Origin: Rikenellaceae bacterium
GTDB lineage: Bacteria > Bacteroidota > Bacteroidia > Bacteroidales > Rikenellaceae
Assembly: GCA_031552535.1 (NCBI GenBank)
Contig: JAVBMJ010000041.1
Span: 1 to 64,000 of the forward strand
Reading direction: 5' to 3'
Length of the DNA stretch: 64,000 bases
Position 1 is the stretch's first letter. The number at the start of each line of letters is the position of its first letter. A model generated the notes under the pieces. It made no database searches, was not told the DNA's origin, and worked only from the letters and a program-made list of their open reading frames with translations. Below, piece by piece: positions 1 to 9,479 of this stretch. The translations under genes were made by a program, and so were the position numbers.

Positions 1-138
1 AACGTACTTATCCTTTTGCATAACGGTCTGATTCTGACCGCAAAACTAATTTTAAATCCGTTGACTCGAAAAACTCTTGTAACAAATTGAACTTCAACTA
101 TTTCAAAGAACTTTTATGAATTTTTAGTGGACACTAAT
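1..138. repeat. Partial (right-hand) copy of a ~220-bp dispersed repeat; ends in TTTTTAGTGGACACTAATG (121..138) and shares a T-loop-like block (AAATCCGTT[G/T]ACTC[G/A]AAAAA) ~68 nt upstream, as in the copy at 38710..38930
   Basis: Direct comparison with 38840..38935. The 19-nt terminus is identical and the upstream block is ~85% identical at the same spacing. The window start truncates the element. Confidence 0.5.
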
Positions 139-161
139 GAATTCGCATTATTAAATACTTT

Positions 162-590
162 ATGAAAATAACAGAAATAACCTCGTTCACGAGCTGGGCT
201 TTCGAAGCGGTGAGGGTGCTTACCGGGCAGGTGGCGGCGGGTGCCGTCGTCAGCGAAGTCGGGTTCAGGGAGATTGTCGAAGATGAGTCGGTACACCTTT
301 TTTTCCTCGAAGACGACGGCCGGGTGGCGGGTATGCTCTCGGTAGCGACATACCCCACCCTTTCATCCGGACTTAAGGCCTGGATAGAGGATGTTGTGGT
401 CGACGAAGCATCCAGGGGCAAGGGTTACGGCAAGGCCCTTACGATGTATGCCATCGGTTTTGCCCGGGAAGCGGGTGTGGAGTCGCTGTCGCTGACCTCT
501 GCGCCATGGCGCGAGGCGGCCAATGGATTGTACCGCTCGCTGGGTTTCGTGCAGTACGAGACCAATGTCTACAGGATGAAATTTATATAA
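162..590 (+). CDS. GNAT family N-acetyltransferase
   Basis: 142-aa ORF with the acetyl-CoA binding motif VVDEASRGKGYGKALT (Q/R-x-x-G-x-G/A). Confidence 0.8.
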   Translation: MKITEITSFTSWAFEAVRVLTGQVAAGAVVSEVGFREIVEDESVHLFFLEDDGRVAGMLSVATYPTLSSGLKAWIEDVVVDEASRGKGYGKALTMYAIGFAREAGVESLSLTSAPWREAANGLYRSLGFVQYETNVYRMKFI

Positions 591-597
591 AATCCAA

Positions 598-827
598 CCC
601 GTTGTGCATTTAAGTGATATGAATCGTTGATTTTGCAACGGTCGCATCACCGGCTTTGCCACGCAAAGCTGTCGGCCCGCAGCCACCCGGCGCGGAGGGC
701 CGATAAAATCGCCTCCGGCTCATTATCCGCACCCCGTTGGCTGCGAAACGGTTCACAAACCACAGCAAATGACTAACACCCTGGGTGTTATACTCAACAG
801 GCCTTCGTGTTCTAAATGCACAACGGG
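598..827. repeat. ~230-bp GC-rich element bounded by a 15-nt inverted repeat (CCCGTTGTGCATTTA ... TAAATGCACAACGGG) in the GNAT-pbpC intergenic region
   Basis: 598..614 is the reverse complement of 811..827 (15/17). No credible ORF lies inside; only antisense shadow ORFs. Confidence 0.45.
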
Positions 828-889
828 CTAAAGTCCAATAAATTCTTATATGTAGAGCGTTCGGCATAAGAGATTCCAGTATCCGGAGG

Positions 890-3178
890 ATGACACTGAA
901 ATGTAAAATAAGAATAGCTGTAATGGCGGCGTTGGTGGCGTGGTACTGGTTCTCGCTGCCCCGTGAACTTTTCGACGAGCCGTGTTCGACGGTAGTTACC
1001 GACCGCGGTGGCGAGTTGTTGGGGGCGCGTATCTCGGATGACGGGCAGTGGCGTTTCCCGCAAACGGATTCGGTGTCGTATAAGTTCGAAAAGTGCCTCT
1101 TGCTCTTCGAAGACCGTTGGTTCCGCTACCATCCCGGAGTCAACCCCGTCTCTTTGGGCCGTGCCGCAGTGCAGAATCTCAGGGCCGGACATACTGTCAG
1201 CGGGGGCAGCACCATCTCGATGCAGGTTATACGCCTTTCGCGACGGGGCAAACGCCGCAACGTTTACGAAAAATGCATAGAGGCTATCCTCGCCACACGT
1301 CTCGAACTACGATATTCTAAGGACGAGATCCTTGCCATGTATGCATCGGCGGCGCCATATGGCGGGAATGTGGTGGGGATCGACGCTGCCTCGTGGCGAT
1401 ACTGGGGCCATTCGCCGCACTCCCTGTCGTGGGCCGAGGCCGCCACGCTGGCCATCCTTCCCAATTCGCCGTCGATGATTCATCCTTCGCGGGGACGTGA
1501 AAAACTGAAAACCAAACGCGACAGGCTGCTCAAAAGAGTGCTCGACGAGGGCACGATAGACTACGCCACATACAGCCAGGCTGTAGATGAGCCTATGCCC
1601 GGCGAACCGTTACCTTTGCCGCGAACGGCACCACACCTGGTGGATTATTTCCATAAGACACAGCGTGGCCGCCGCATCCGTTCCACGGTCGATGCTCCGT
1701 TGCAGCAACATCTTGAGATTCTGCTCGAAACCTGCAACGGCGAGTTCATTCGCCGCGGAATCAACAACCTTGCCGCCGTGGTGATCGACGTCCCCTCGGG
1801 CGAGGTAGTGGCGTATTGCGGCAACGTTGGATATGTCAGCGGGCACTCTTCGGGACAGGTCGACATAATACGCGCGCCGCGCAGTTCGGGCAGCATCCTC
1901 AAACCGTTGCTTTACTGCGCCATGATGCAAAACGGCGAAATACTGCCCCGTACGCTTATAGGCGACGTGCCGGTGAATTACGAAGGCTTTGCCCCGCAGA
2001 ATTTCAACCACACATTCGACGGGGCCGTAGCGGCGTCGGAGGCTGTGGCCCGTTCGCTGAACGTGCCGGCTGTCAATATGTTGCGCATGCACGGAGTCCC
2101 GCGGTTCCACGCTTTCCTGAGAAGCGCAGGGATCACCACGCTGTCTAAACCGGCGTCGCACTACGGGTTGTCGCTGATCCTGGGCGGGGCCGAAACCACG
2201 CTCTGGGACGTGTCGTCGGCCTACTGCAACATGGCACGCACATTGTCGGGCGAAGACTTTACACGACTGTCACTCATAACGGGGGAAAAACCTGTCCCGC
2301 CGAGCCGCAACCCGTTCGACCGCGGAGCCGTATGGCTGACCTTCGAAGCCATAAAAGAGGTCAACCGCCCCGAAGAGATCGATTGGCGCACGATACTGTC
2401 GATGCAACATGTGGCATGGAAAACGGGGACCAGCTACGGCTTGCGCGACGCCTGGGCCGTGGGTGCCACGCCGCGTTACGTTGTGGGGGTTTGGGCCGGG
2501 AATTCCGATGGAGAGGCAAGCCCGTCGCTCACCGGGGCGACCTCTGCGGGGCCGGTGATGTTCGACATATTTAACATACTGCCCTCTTCGCAGTGGTTCG
2601 CTCCGCCATACGACGACATGGCACAGGCGGAAGTGTGCAAACTTTCGGGACACCTCAGGGGACGTTTTTGTAATGAGTACGATTCCGTTATGGTATGCCA
2701 TCCCGGGATGCGTACCGCAGCCTGCCCCTACCACATAGGCGTTACTCTCTCTCCCGACGGCAAATACAGGGTTACGGAACAAAGCGCCGGCGATGAAGGC
2801 TTCGTAAGAAAGGGATGGTTCGTGCTTCCGCCACGCTGGGAATGGTATTATCGTCAACACCACCCCGGATATACACCGCTGCCTGCGTGGCGCGGCACAG
2901 GCGACGAACAGCAACGCCCCATGCAATTCATATACCCCCAGCATGGAGCCGTGCTGACGGTCCCACGGAGGATCGACGGCACAGTGGGTGGCGTGACCTT
3001 CAAGATAGCCCACCGTTCCCTGGACGCAGTAGTGTATTGGCACCTCGACGGCGAATACCTGGCCGCCACCTCCGATTTCCACGAAATCACAATTTCCCCG
3101 TCAGCCGGATCGCACACGCTTGCCGCGGTGGACGATTCAGGCAACACGATCTCCGTGACATTTTCGGTCAAACCCTGA
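890..3178 (+). CDS. pbpC: Penicillin-binding protein 1C (bifunctional GT51 transglycosylase / transpeptidase)
   Basis: 762 aa. GT51 motif GGSTISMQVIR and transpeptidase S-x-x-K (SGSILKP). Length and C-terminal extension are typical of PBP1C. Confidence 0.85.
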   Translation: MTLKCKIRIAVMAALVAWYWFSLPRELFDEPCSTVVTDRGGELLGARISDDGQWRFPQTDSVSYKFEKCLLLFEDRWFRYHPGVNPVSLGRAAVQNLRAGHTVSGGSTISMQVIRLSRRGKRRNVYEKCIEAILATRLELRYSKDEILAMYASAAPYGGNVVGIDAASWRYWGHSPHSLSWAEAATLAILPNSPSMIHPSRGREKLKTKRDRLLKRVLDEGTIDYATYSQAVDEPMPGEPLPLPRTAPHLVDYFHKTQRGRRIRSTVDAPLQQHLEILLETCNGEFIRRGINNLAAVVIDVPSGEVVAYCGNVGYVSGHSSGQVDIIRAPRSSGSILKPLLYCAMMQNGEILPRTLIGDVPVNYEGFAPQNFNHTFDGAVAASEAVARSLNVPAVNMLRMHGVPRFHAFLRSAGITTLSKPASHYGLSLILGGAETTLWDVSSAYCNMARTLSGEDFTRLSLITGEKPVPPSRNPFDRGAVWLTFEAIKEVNRPEEIDWRTILSMQHVAWKTGTSYGLRDAWAVGATPRYVVGVWAGNSDGEASPSLTGATSAGPVMFDIFNILPSSQWFAPPYDDMAQAEVCKLSGHLRGRFCNEYDSVMVCHPGMRTAACPYHIGVTLSPDGKYRVTEQSAGDEGFVRKGWFVLPPRWEWYYRQHHPGYTPLPAWRGTGDEQQRPMQFIYPQHGAVLTVPRRIDGTVGGVTFKIAHRSLDAVVYWHLDGEYLAATSDFHEITISPSAGSHTLAAVDDSGNTISVTFSVKP

Positions 3179-3320
3179 AACAGTATGGGTGAACAGACAT
3201 TATTGGCAGGAATATGGTTTCAGTTTCCAGCCGCCCTCCAGAGTGTCTGGTATCGAATATTTAATTTTGGACATCGTAGAAAAAGAGTGTCTAAAAGTAT
3301 GACATTTGTAAAACAAATGT

Positions 3321-3328
3321 TATATTTG
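3321..3328 (+). promoter_or_regulatory. Candidate Bacteroidetes sigma-A -7 box (TATATTTG = TAnnTTTG) upstream of the oxidoreductase operon, adjacent to the palindrome ACATTTGTAAAACAAATGT (3302..3320)
   Basis: Matches the TAnnTTTG consensus ~40 nt upstream of the first ATG. No correctly spaced -33 TTTG was found. Confidence 0.3.
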
Positions 3329-3369
3329 TAGCAATAACGCGTATTCTTAATGAAAAATGTAATGCGATC

Positions 3370-3594
3370 ATGGCAAAAATCAAAGGAACTATAATCGTCG
3401 ACACCGGACGCTGCAAGGGATGCGCGGTTTGTGCCGTAGCATGCCCGTTCGGAGTACTGGAATTGGCGCCGCAGGTCAACGCCATGGGCTACCACTATTC
3501 CCACATGGCCAAACCCGACGCATGTACGGGTTGCGCGAGTTGCGCCATGGTTTGCCCCGACAGTTGTATTACAGTTTACAGACAAAAGGCTTGA
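3370..3594 (+). CDS. 4Fe-4S dicluster ferredoxin subunit (delta) of 2-oxoacid:ferredoxin oxidoreductase
   Basis: Two CxxCxxCxxxCP motifs (CKGCAVCAVACP, CTGCASCAMVCP). First gene of a 4-gene Kor/Vor-type operon. Confidence 0.85.
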   Translation: MAKIKGTIIVDTGRCKGCAVCAVACPFGVLELAPQVNAMGYHYSHMAKPDACTGCASCAMVCPDSCITVYRQKA

Positions 3595-3598
3595 GGCT

Positions 3599-4693
3599 AT
3601 GAAAGAGGTTAAATTGATGAAAGGCAACGAAGTTATTGCCCATGCGGCAGTCCGTGCCGGATGCGACGGCTATTTCGGCTACCCGATCACTCCGCAGTCG
3701 GAGATCATGGAGACGCTGATGGAGTTGCGCCCATGGGAAACCACAGGGATGGTGGTACTGCAGGCCGAGAGCGAGATAGCATCTATAAATATGGTCTATG
3801 GTGGCGCTGCGAGCGGCAAAAAAGTGATGACCTCGTCGTCGAGCCCCGGTATAAGCCTGATGAGCGAAGGGCTGAGTTACCTCGCCGGTGCAGAGTTGCC
3901 TTGCGTGATTGTCAATGTAGCACGCGGAGGCCCGGGGCTGGGCACTATACAGCCTGCGCAGAGCGACTATTTCCAGGCCACCAAAGCGGCGGGGCACGGC
4001 GACTTCCACCTCATTGTGCTCGCACCTAATTCAGTGCAGGAGATGTATGATTTTGTGGGACTGGGATTCGATCTGGCATTCAAATACTTAAACCCCGTCA
4101 TGATCCTTTCGGACGGTGTGATAGGACAGATGATGGAGAAGGTGGTGTTTTCGCCGCAGAAAGAACGCAGCAGCGAAGAATATATAAAAGAGAACTACGG
4201 ATCGTGGGCGGCCACAGGCCATAGTGCCGGCCGCAAGCGTAATGTAGTTACATCGCTCGACCTGGATTCGCACCTTCAGGAAAAATTCAACCACAAGTTG
4301 CAGGAGAAATACCGTGCATTGGCTGAAAACGAGGTCCGCTCCCAACAAATCATGTGTGACGACGCGGAATACGTACTGGTCGCTTACGGTTCATCGGCCC
4401 GTATTTGTTCCCGCGTGGTGGAGATGGCCCGCGAGGAGGGGCTGAAAGTGGGCCTTTTGCGTCCTGTTACTCTATTCCCCTATCCGAAGAAGGAATTGAA
4501 GTCTCTGGCTGACCGTGGAGTCAAGGGATTCCTGGCGGTGGAGATGAGTTCGGGACAGATGGTCGAGGATGTACGCCTGAGCGTGGGTTGCGGCCCGCTG
4601 GTCGAACATTTCGGCCGTTACGGAGGCGTGGTGCACTCGCCCGAAGAGGTATTCGAGGCGCTGAAAGAGAAGATAATCGCTAAAACGAAATAG
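3599..4693 (+). CDS. 2-oxoacid:acceptor (ferredoxin) oxidoreductase alpha subunit (KorA/VorB-type)
   Basis: 364 aa. Typical N-terminus MKxxxLMKGNEVIAHAAVRAGC. Operon context. Confidence 0.85.
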   Translation: MKEVKLMKGNEVIAHAAVRAGCDGYFGYPITPQSEIMETLMELRPWETTGMVVLQAESEIASINMVYGGAASGKKVMTSSSSPGISLMSEGLSYLAGAELPCVIVNVARGGPGLGTIQPAQSDYFQATKAAGHGDFHLIVLAPNSVQEMYDFVGLGFDLAFKYLNPVMILSDGVIGQMMEKVVFSPQKERSSEEYIKENYGSWAATGHSAGRKRNVVTSLDLDSHLQEKFNHKLQEKYRALAENEVRSQQIMCDDAEYVLVAYGSSARICSRVVEMAREEGLKVGLLRPVTLFPYPKKELKSLADRGVKGFLAVEMSSGQMVEDVRLSVGCGPLVEHFGRYGGVVHSPEEVFEALKEKIIAKTK

Positions 4694-4695
4694 AT

Positions 4696-5457
4696 ATGGC
4701 TCCGGAAGTGGAAATAAACGAACAGAACCTGGTCTACCGCAAGCCGGCCCTGCTGACCGATAATGTGATGCACTATTGCCCCGGCTGCAGTCACGGGACA
4801 ATACACAAGCTGATCGCTGAAGTGATAGCCGACATGGGTATGGAGGAGAACACCGTGGGCATATCACCTGTGGGGTGTTCGGTTTTGGCTTACAATTACA
4901 TCGACATCGACTGGGTCCAGGCGGCGCACGGGCGCGCGGCGGCTGTGGCTACGGGGATAAAGCGCCTTCATCCTTCGAAGATGGTCTTTACTTATCAGGG
5001 CGACGGCGACCTGGCTGCGATAGGCACCGGCGAGACGATACACGCCTGCAACCGCGGAGAGAACATAGTGTTGATATATGTCAACAACGCCATCTACGGC
5101 ATGACGGGGGGGCAAATGGCCCCGACCACGCTGCTGGGCATGAAGACGGCCACTTCTCCCGACGGGCGCACCCCCGAGTTGCACGGTTACCCGTTCGTGA
5201 TAGGTGACATGCTGGCGCATCTGCCTGGAGTGTGTTATGTGACGCGCCAGAGTGTGCAGAATGCGGCGGCGGTGCGCAAAGCGAAGAAAGCCATTCGCAA
5301 AGCCTTCGATAACGCTATGGCCGGAAAAGGCTTGTCGTTCGTTGAGGTGGTAGCCACCTGCAACAGCGGATGGAAACTCTCGCCCACCGAAGCGAACAAG
5401 TGGATGGAGGAAAATATGTTCCCGGCTTATCCGCTGGGAGATGTCAAGGATATCTAA
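4696..5457 (+). CDS. 2-oxoacid:ferredoxin oxidoreductase beta subunit (TPP-binding)
   Basis: 253 aa. TPP motif GDGD...N (YQGDGDLAAIG) and cysteine cluster CPGCSHG. Confidence 0.85.
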   Translation: MAPEVEINEQNLVYRKPALLTDNVMHYCPGCSHGTIHKLIAEVIADMGMEENTVGISPVGCSVLAYNYIDIDWVQAAHGRAAAVATGIKRLHPSKMVFTYQGDGDLAAIGTGETIHACNRGENIVLIYVNNAIYGMTGGQMAPTTLLGMKTATSPDGRTPELHGYPFVIGDMLAHLPGVCYVTRQSVQNAAAVRKAKKAIRKAFDNAMAGKGLSFVEVVATCNSGWKLSPTEANKWMEENMFPAYPLGDVKDI

Positions 5458-6016
5458 AACGCCGGAAGACATGAAAGAAGAGATTATTATAGCAGGTTTC
5501 GGGGGACAGGGAGTCCTCTCGATGGGAAAAATACTTGCCTATTCCGGCGTTATGCAGGATTACGAGGTATCGTGGATGCCATCATACGGTCCTGAGATGC
5601 GTGGCGGCACGGCCAATGTGGCGGTGATTATCAGCGACAGGCAGATAAGTTCGCCCATAGTACGCAGTTACGACACTGCCATAATACTCAACCAGCAGAG
5701 TATGGACAAGTTTGAGGAGCAGGTCCGGCCTGGCGGGGTATTGATCTACGACACCAATGGCATAGTGCGCCATCCTCAGCGTACCGATATTTCGGTCTAC
5801 ACTATCGATGCCACCGAAGAAGCCACGCGCCGCGGCAACGCTCGCATGTTCAACACAATGATCCTTGGGGGGTATCTGAAAGTACGTCCGGTGGTGACGC
5901 TCGACAATGTTTACAGGGGGCTCGAAAAATCGCTTCCCGAGCGTCTTCACAAACTCCTGCCCGCCAATGAGGAGGCTATACGCACGGGGATGGAGTTGAT
6001 AAAAAAGGTGAGGTAA
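5441..6016 (+). CDS. 2-oxoacid:ferredoxin oxidoreductase gamma subunit
   Basis: Motif AGFGGQGV typical of gamma subunits. The true start may be the ATG at 5471 (MKEEIII), which would remove the overlap with the beta subunit. Confidence 0.8.
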   Translation: MSRISKTPEDMKEEIIIAGFGGQGVLSMGKILAYSGVMQDYEVSWMPSYGPEMRGGTANVAVIISDRQISSPIVRSYDTAIILNQQSMDKFEEQVRPGGVLIYDTNGIVRHPQRTDISVYTIDATEEATRRGNARMFNTMILGGYLKVRPVVTLDNVYRGLEKSLPERLHKLLPANEEAIRTGMELIKKVR

Positions 6017-6065
6017 CCCCGTGTGGCCGTGTAGACGGGGTGGCTTGGTGCACAGTCGAACGCCT

Positions 6066-6431
6066 ATGAATATCGAAGAGTTCAGGGAATACTGCCTGTC
6101 ACTGCCGGGAAGCCGGGAAGCGACGCCTTTTGTGCGCTTTTCACGCGCCGGGCAATCGGTGTTGGTGTTTTATATGGGTGATAAAATGTTCTGTTATTTC
6201 GACATGGATCTCTTCGAGGCATGTACCGTTAAATGCGACCCCGGCCGCATCGAAGAGCTCAGGGAGTGCTACGGGGCCATAGGCGATCCGTACAACGGAA
6301 ATCCGAGATACTGGATCAGTGTCCGGTTCAACGACGATGTGCCCGATGACCAGGTCAAAGCGCTGGTAAAGAATTCATATGACCTGGTTGCAAAAGGTTT
6401 GTCCAAAAAATCCCGTTCGGATATTATATAA
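6066..6431 (+). CDS. MmcQ/YjbR family DNA-binding protein
   Basis: ~121 aa from MNIEEFREYCLSLPG... The six-frame ORF extends upstream to 6021, but the family-typical N-terminus begins at 6066. Confidence 0.6.
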   Translation: MNIEEFREYCLSLPGSREATPFVRFSRAGQSVLVFYMGDKMFCYFDMDLFEACTVKCDPGRIEELRECYGAIGDPYNGNPRYWISVRFNDDVPDDQVKALVKNSYDLVAKGLSKKSRSDII

Positions 6432-6474
6432 AATTCACGGGGAAGCATTCTTAAATGCTTCCCCGTGAATTTTT
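6432..6474. terminator. Bidirectional intrinsic terminator between convergent yjbR-like (+) and fabG (-)
   Basis: Perfect 18-bp stem AATTCACGGGGAAGCATT/AATGCTTCCCCGTGAATT with a 3-4 nt loop, followed by TTTTT. An A-rich tract precedes it on the left. Confidence 0.8.
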
Positions 6475-6492
6475 ACAGGCAGGGAGGTATGA

Positions 6493-7239
6493 TCAGGTAT
6501 TCATCGCGCCGCAGACGTTGATAACCTGTCCGCTGACATACGACGAAAGGTCGCTGGCAAGGAACACTGCCGTGTTGGCCACATCTTCCGGGGTACCTCC
6601 ACGACGCAGGGGTATCTTTTTAGCCCAGTCATCACGCACTTCCTGCGGCAATTGCGCCGTCATTTCGGTGATGATGAAGCCCGGAGCTATGGCATTGCAA
6701 CGTATATTACGCGAACCCAACTCCTGGGCTATGCTCTTCGTGAACCCGATCATGCCGGCCTTGGATGCCGAATAGTTGCTCTGCCCGGCATTGCCCGAAA
6801 CACCAACTACGGAGCTCATGTTGATGATCGTACCGTATTTCTGCTTCAGCATATAGGGCTGAACCGCTTTCGTGAGGTTGAACGCCGATTTGAGGTTGAT
6901 ATTGATGACCATATCCCACTGGGCTTCACTCATGCGCATCAGAAGGCTGTCACGCGTGATTCCGGCGTTGTTGACCAGGATATCGATACGGCCGAAATCC
7001 TTTGCGATCTGGTCGACAGTGGTCATGACATCGTCGAAGATGCTGGCGTTCGAAGCGTAGCCTTTTGCCTTTACACCGTAGGAAGCTATCTCCTTTTCGG
7101 TGTTAAGAAAATTTTCATCGGCGTTGAGGTCGGTAAATGCCACTGCCGCCCCCTCTTGTGCAAAACGGATGGCAATGGCTTTGCCTATACCGCGGGCAGC
7201 TCCGGTGACGAGCGCCACTTTTCCTTCGAGTAATTTCAT
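6493..7239 (-). CDS. fabG: 3-oxoacyl-[acyl-carrier-protein] reductase (SDR)
   Basis: 248 aa. TGAARGIG NAD(P)-binding motif, SDR catalytic YxxxK, and FabG-typical length and N-terminus MKLLEGKVALVTGA. Confidence 0.85.
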   Translation of the reverse strand: MKLLEGKVALVTGAARGIGKAIAIRFAQEGAAVAFTDLNADENFLNTEKEIASYGVKAKGYASNASIFDDVMTTVDQIAKDFGRIDILVNNAGITRDSLLMRMSEAQWDMVININLKSAFNLTKAVQPYMLKQKYGTIINMSSVVGVSGNAGQSNYSASKAGMIGFTKSIAQELGSRNIRCNAIAPGFIITEMTAQLPQEVRDDWAKKIPLRRGGTPEDVANTAVFLASDLSSYVSGQVINVCGAMNT

Positions 7240-7345
7240 ACTATTGGAATTTATTGATTTTACGTAACGACAAAGGTAGGATTTTTTTTAAGATCTGAAA
7301 AAGACGTTTATTCGGGTAAAATTTGTACTTTTACGGTTCCGTTGA

Positions 7346-8656
7346 GTGAAGCAAAATATAAATTATTATAAAGCCATGACTAAGGATACCAAAATTTTCG
7401 ACCTTATCCATCAGGAACAACAACGCCAACTCCATGGACTGGAACTGATCGCTTCGGAGAACTTCGTAAGCCCTCAGGTGATGGAAGCCATGGGATCGGT
7501 GCTGACCAACAAATATGCCGAAGGCTATCCGGGTGCCAGGTATTACGGTGGTTGCCAGGTGGTGGATAAAGTAGAGCAACTGGCCATCGACCGCCTGTGC
7601 GAATTGTACGATGCGCAGTACGCCAACGTGCAGCCCCACTCGGGAGCGCAGGCCAACATGGCGGTGTTTATGGCCGTGATGAAGCCAGGCGACACGTTCC
7701 TCGGACTCGATCTTTCACACGGTGGGCACCTTTCGCATGGGTCGCCGGTAAACGCATCGGGAATATTATATAAGGCCGTAGCCTATAAGGTCGACGAATC
7801 TACGGGCATGGTGGATTACGACGAGATGGAGCGTCTGGCAGAAGAGCATAAACCCAAACTGATCGTAGGCGGGGCATCGGCCTACAGCCGCGAGTGGAAT
7901 TACAAAAGGATGCGGGCTATAGCCGACAAGGTGGGAGCCCTGTTGTTGATCGATATGGCCCACACGGCCGGTCTGGTCGCGGCACGGCTGCTGGACAACC
8001 CTGTCAAGTATGCACATATAGTCACCTCTACCACCCATAAGACCCTCAGGGGACCGCGCGGAGGAGTGATCATCATGGGTAAAGATTTCGACAATCCGTG
8101 GGGTCTGACCACGCCTAAGGGTGAGGTTAAGAAGATGTCGGCGATCCTTAATTCGGCTGTTTTTCCCGGCATACAGGGTGGTCCACTGGAGCATGTGATC
8201 GCTGCCAAGGCGGTCGCGTTCGGCGAGGCGCTCGAACCTTCTTACAAGGAGTATCAGCGCCAGGTTCAGAAGAATGCCGAGGCAATGGCTTCCGCTTTTG
8301 TAAAGCGCGGCTACACGATAGTTTCGGGCGGCACCGACAACCACCTTATGTTGATCGACCTGCGCGGTAAATTCCCGGAACTTACGGGTAAGAAAGCCGA
8401 GGCAGTGTTGGTGCAGGCCGATATTACGACCAATAAAAATATGGTGCCTTTCGATACGCGGTCGCCATTCCAGACCTCCGGGATACGTGTAGGGACTCCG
8501 GCTATCACCACCCGCGGCCTGAAAGAAGAGCATATGGATACGATAGTGGAGATGATCGACCGCGTGTTGTCGCATCCCGACGATACGCAGGTCATAGAGG
8601 CTGTTGCAGTCGAGGTCAGGGCTATGATGAGCGGCTATCCGCTGTTCGCGTGGTAA
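7346..8656 (+). CDS. glyA: Serine hydroxymethyltransferase
   Basis: Conserved SHMT blocks [20 protein letters not shown] and [12 protein letters not shown]. The start may instead be the ATG at 7376. Confidence 0.92.
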   Translation: MKQNINYYKAMTKDTKIFDLIHQEQQRQLHGLELIASENFVSPQVMEAMGSVLTNKYAEGYPGARYYGGCQVVDKVEQLAIDRLCELYDAQYANVQPHSGAQANMAVFMAVMKPGDTFLGLDLSHGGHLSHGSPVNASGILYKAVAYKVDESTGMVDYDEMERLAEEHKPKLIVGGASAYSREWNYKRMRAIADKVGALLLIDMAHTAGLVAARLLDNPVKYAHIVTSTTHKTLRGPRGGVIIMGKDFDNPWGLTTPKGEVKKMSAILNSAVFPGIQGGPLEHVIAAKAVAFGEALEPSYKEYQRQVQKNAEAMASAFVKRGYTIVSGGTDNHLMLIDLRGKFPELTGKKAEAVLVQADITTNKNMVPFDTRSPFQTSGIRVGTPAITTRGLKEEHMDTIVEMIDRVLSHPDDTQVIEAVAVEVRAMMSGYPLFAW

Positions 8657-8690
8657 GCAGGCCGGGCACTATAAATCCGTTGAAAGTCAT

Positions 8691-8729
8691 ATGGGCAAAA
8701 CAGCACAACTGTTCTGCCCATTATTTTTT
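8691..8729 (+). terminator. Rho-independent terminator of glyA
   Basis: 13-bp stem ATGGGCAAAACAG/CTGTTCTGCCCAT (1 mismatch) followed by TATTTTTTG. Confidence 0.7.
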
Positions 8730-8796
8730 GCGTGATTCCCTGCAAAGACAGATAAAATACTTATCTTTAGCATCGAAATGTAAAACGATTTGGAAT

Positions 8797-9363
8797 ATGG
8801 AATGGTTCGCAGGTTTGGATCCGGCATTGAAGATTTACTGGGGGATAGCGCTGGTTGCCAGCGTTGTGTTTGTCATACAGACCATTATGACATTTATCGG
8901 ACTCGACGGTTCGGAAGGGATGAGTGCCGATTTCGATGGTGGGCTCGACAGCGACATCTCCGGCGGGCAACTATTCTCGTTGAGGAACCTCGTTAATTTT
9001 TTCCTCGGTTACGGATGGTCCACAGTCTGTTTCTACAATACGATCCAGTCGGCCGCCTGGCTCAATGTGGTTTCGGTATTGGTAGGGCTTGTGTTTGTGG
9101 CGGCCTTCTTCTTCCTTATGGTCCAGATCACAAAACTGGCGGTGGATAAAACATTTAAGATTGCCGACACCATGGGAAAAGCTGCCGATGTCTATCTGGC
9201 CATTCCGGGCGGCATGCAGGGCCGCGGCAAAATCCAGGTCAGCGTGGGAGGGGCCTATCACGAGATCGGCGCCATGACCCGCGACGGGAAATTGCCCACC
9301 GGCTCCAAAGCCAGAGTGGTGGAGATCATCGACAGCCAGACGGTGTTGGTCGAGCAACTGTAA
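8797..9363 (+). CDS. NfeD-like membrane protein (short form, OB-fold C-terminus), partner of flotillin
   Basis: Hydrophobic N-terminal helices and a C-terminal beta-rich domain, immediately upstream of an SPFH/flotillin gene. The start is chosen at MEWFAGL; the ORF is open from 8650. Confidence 0.6.
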   Translation: MEWFAGLDPALKIYWGIALVASVVFVIQTIMTFIGLDGSEGMSADFDGGLDSDISGGQLFSLRNLVNFFLGYGWSTVCFYNTIQSAAWLNVVSVLVGLVFVAAFFFLMVQITKLAVDKTFKIADTMGKAADVYLAIPGGMQGRGKIQVSVGGAYHEIGAMTRDGKLPTGSKARVVEIIDSQTVLVEQL

Positions 9364-9479
9364 GGGGGCAGTCCGACCGCTTTTAAGGACCTGCCCCTGA
9401 ACACTACCCGTATCACGCATACGCAGCAATTTTTCAAGAGTCAAGCTTAATTTAAAAAACCTAAACACAGTAAATATAT

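Noticed and set aside
363-686. Numerous 60-450-aa ORFs on the strand opposite to, or out of frame within, well-supported genes (e.g. 363..686-, 1610..2161-, 2270..3082-, 6652..7233+, 7766..8575-, 16691..17629+, 19159..20094+, 27523..28248+, 54505..55209-, 56297..57469-, 60845..62194-, 63226..63888-)
   Set aside because: They lie entirely inside genes with strong family-level motif support. Their translations are low-complexity and Arg/Pro/Gly-rich, typical of shadow ORFs in GC-rich DNA, and they have no recognisable motifs.
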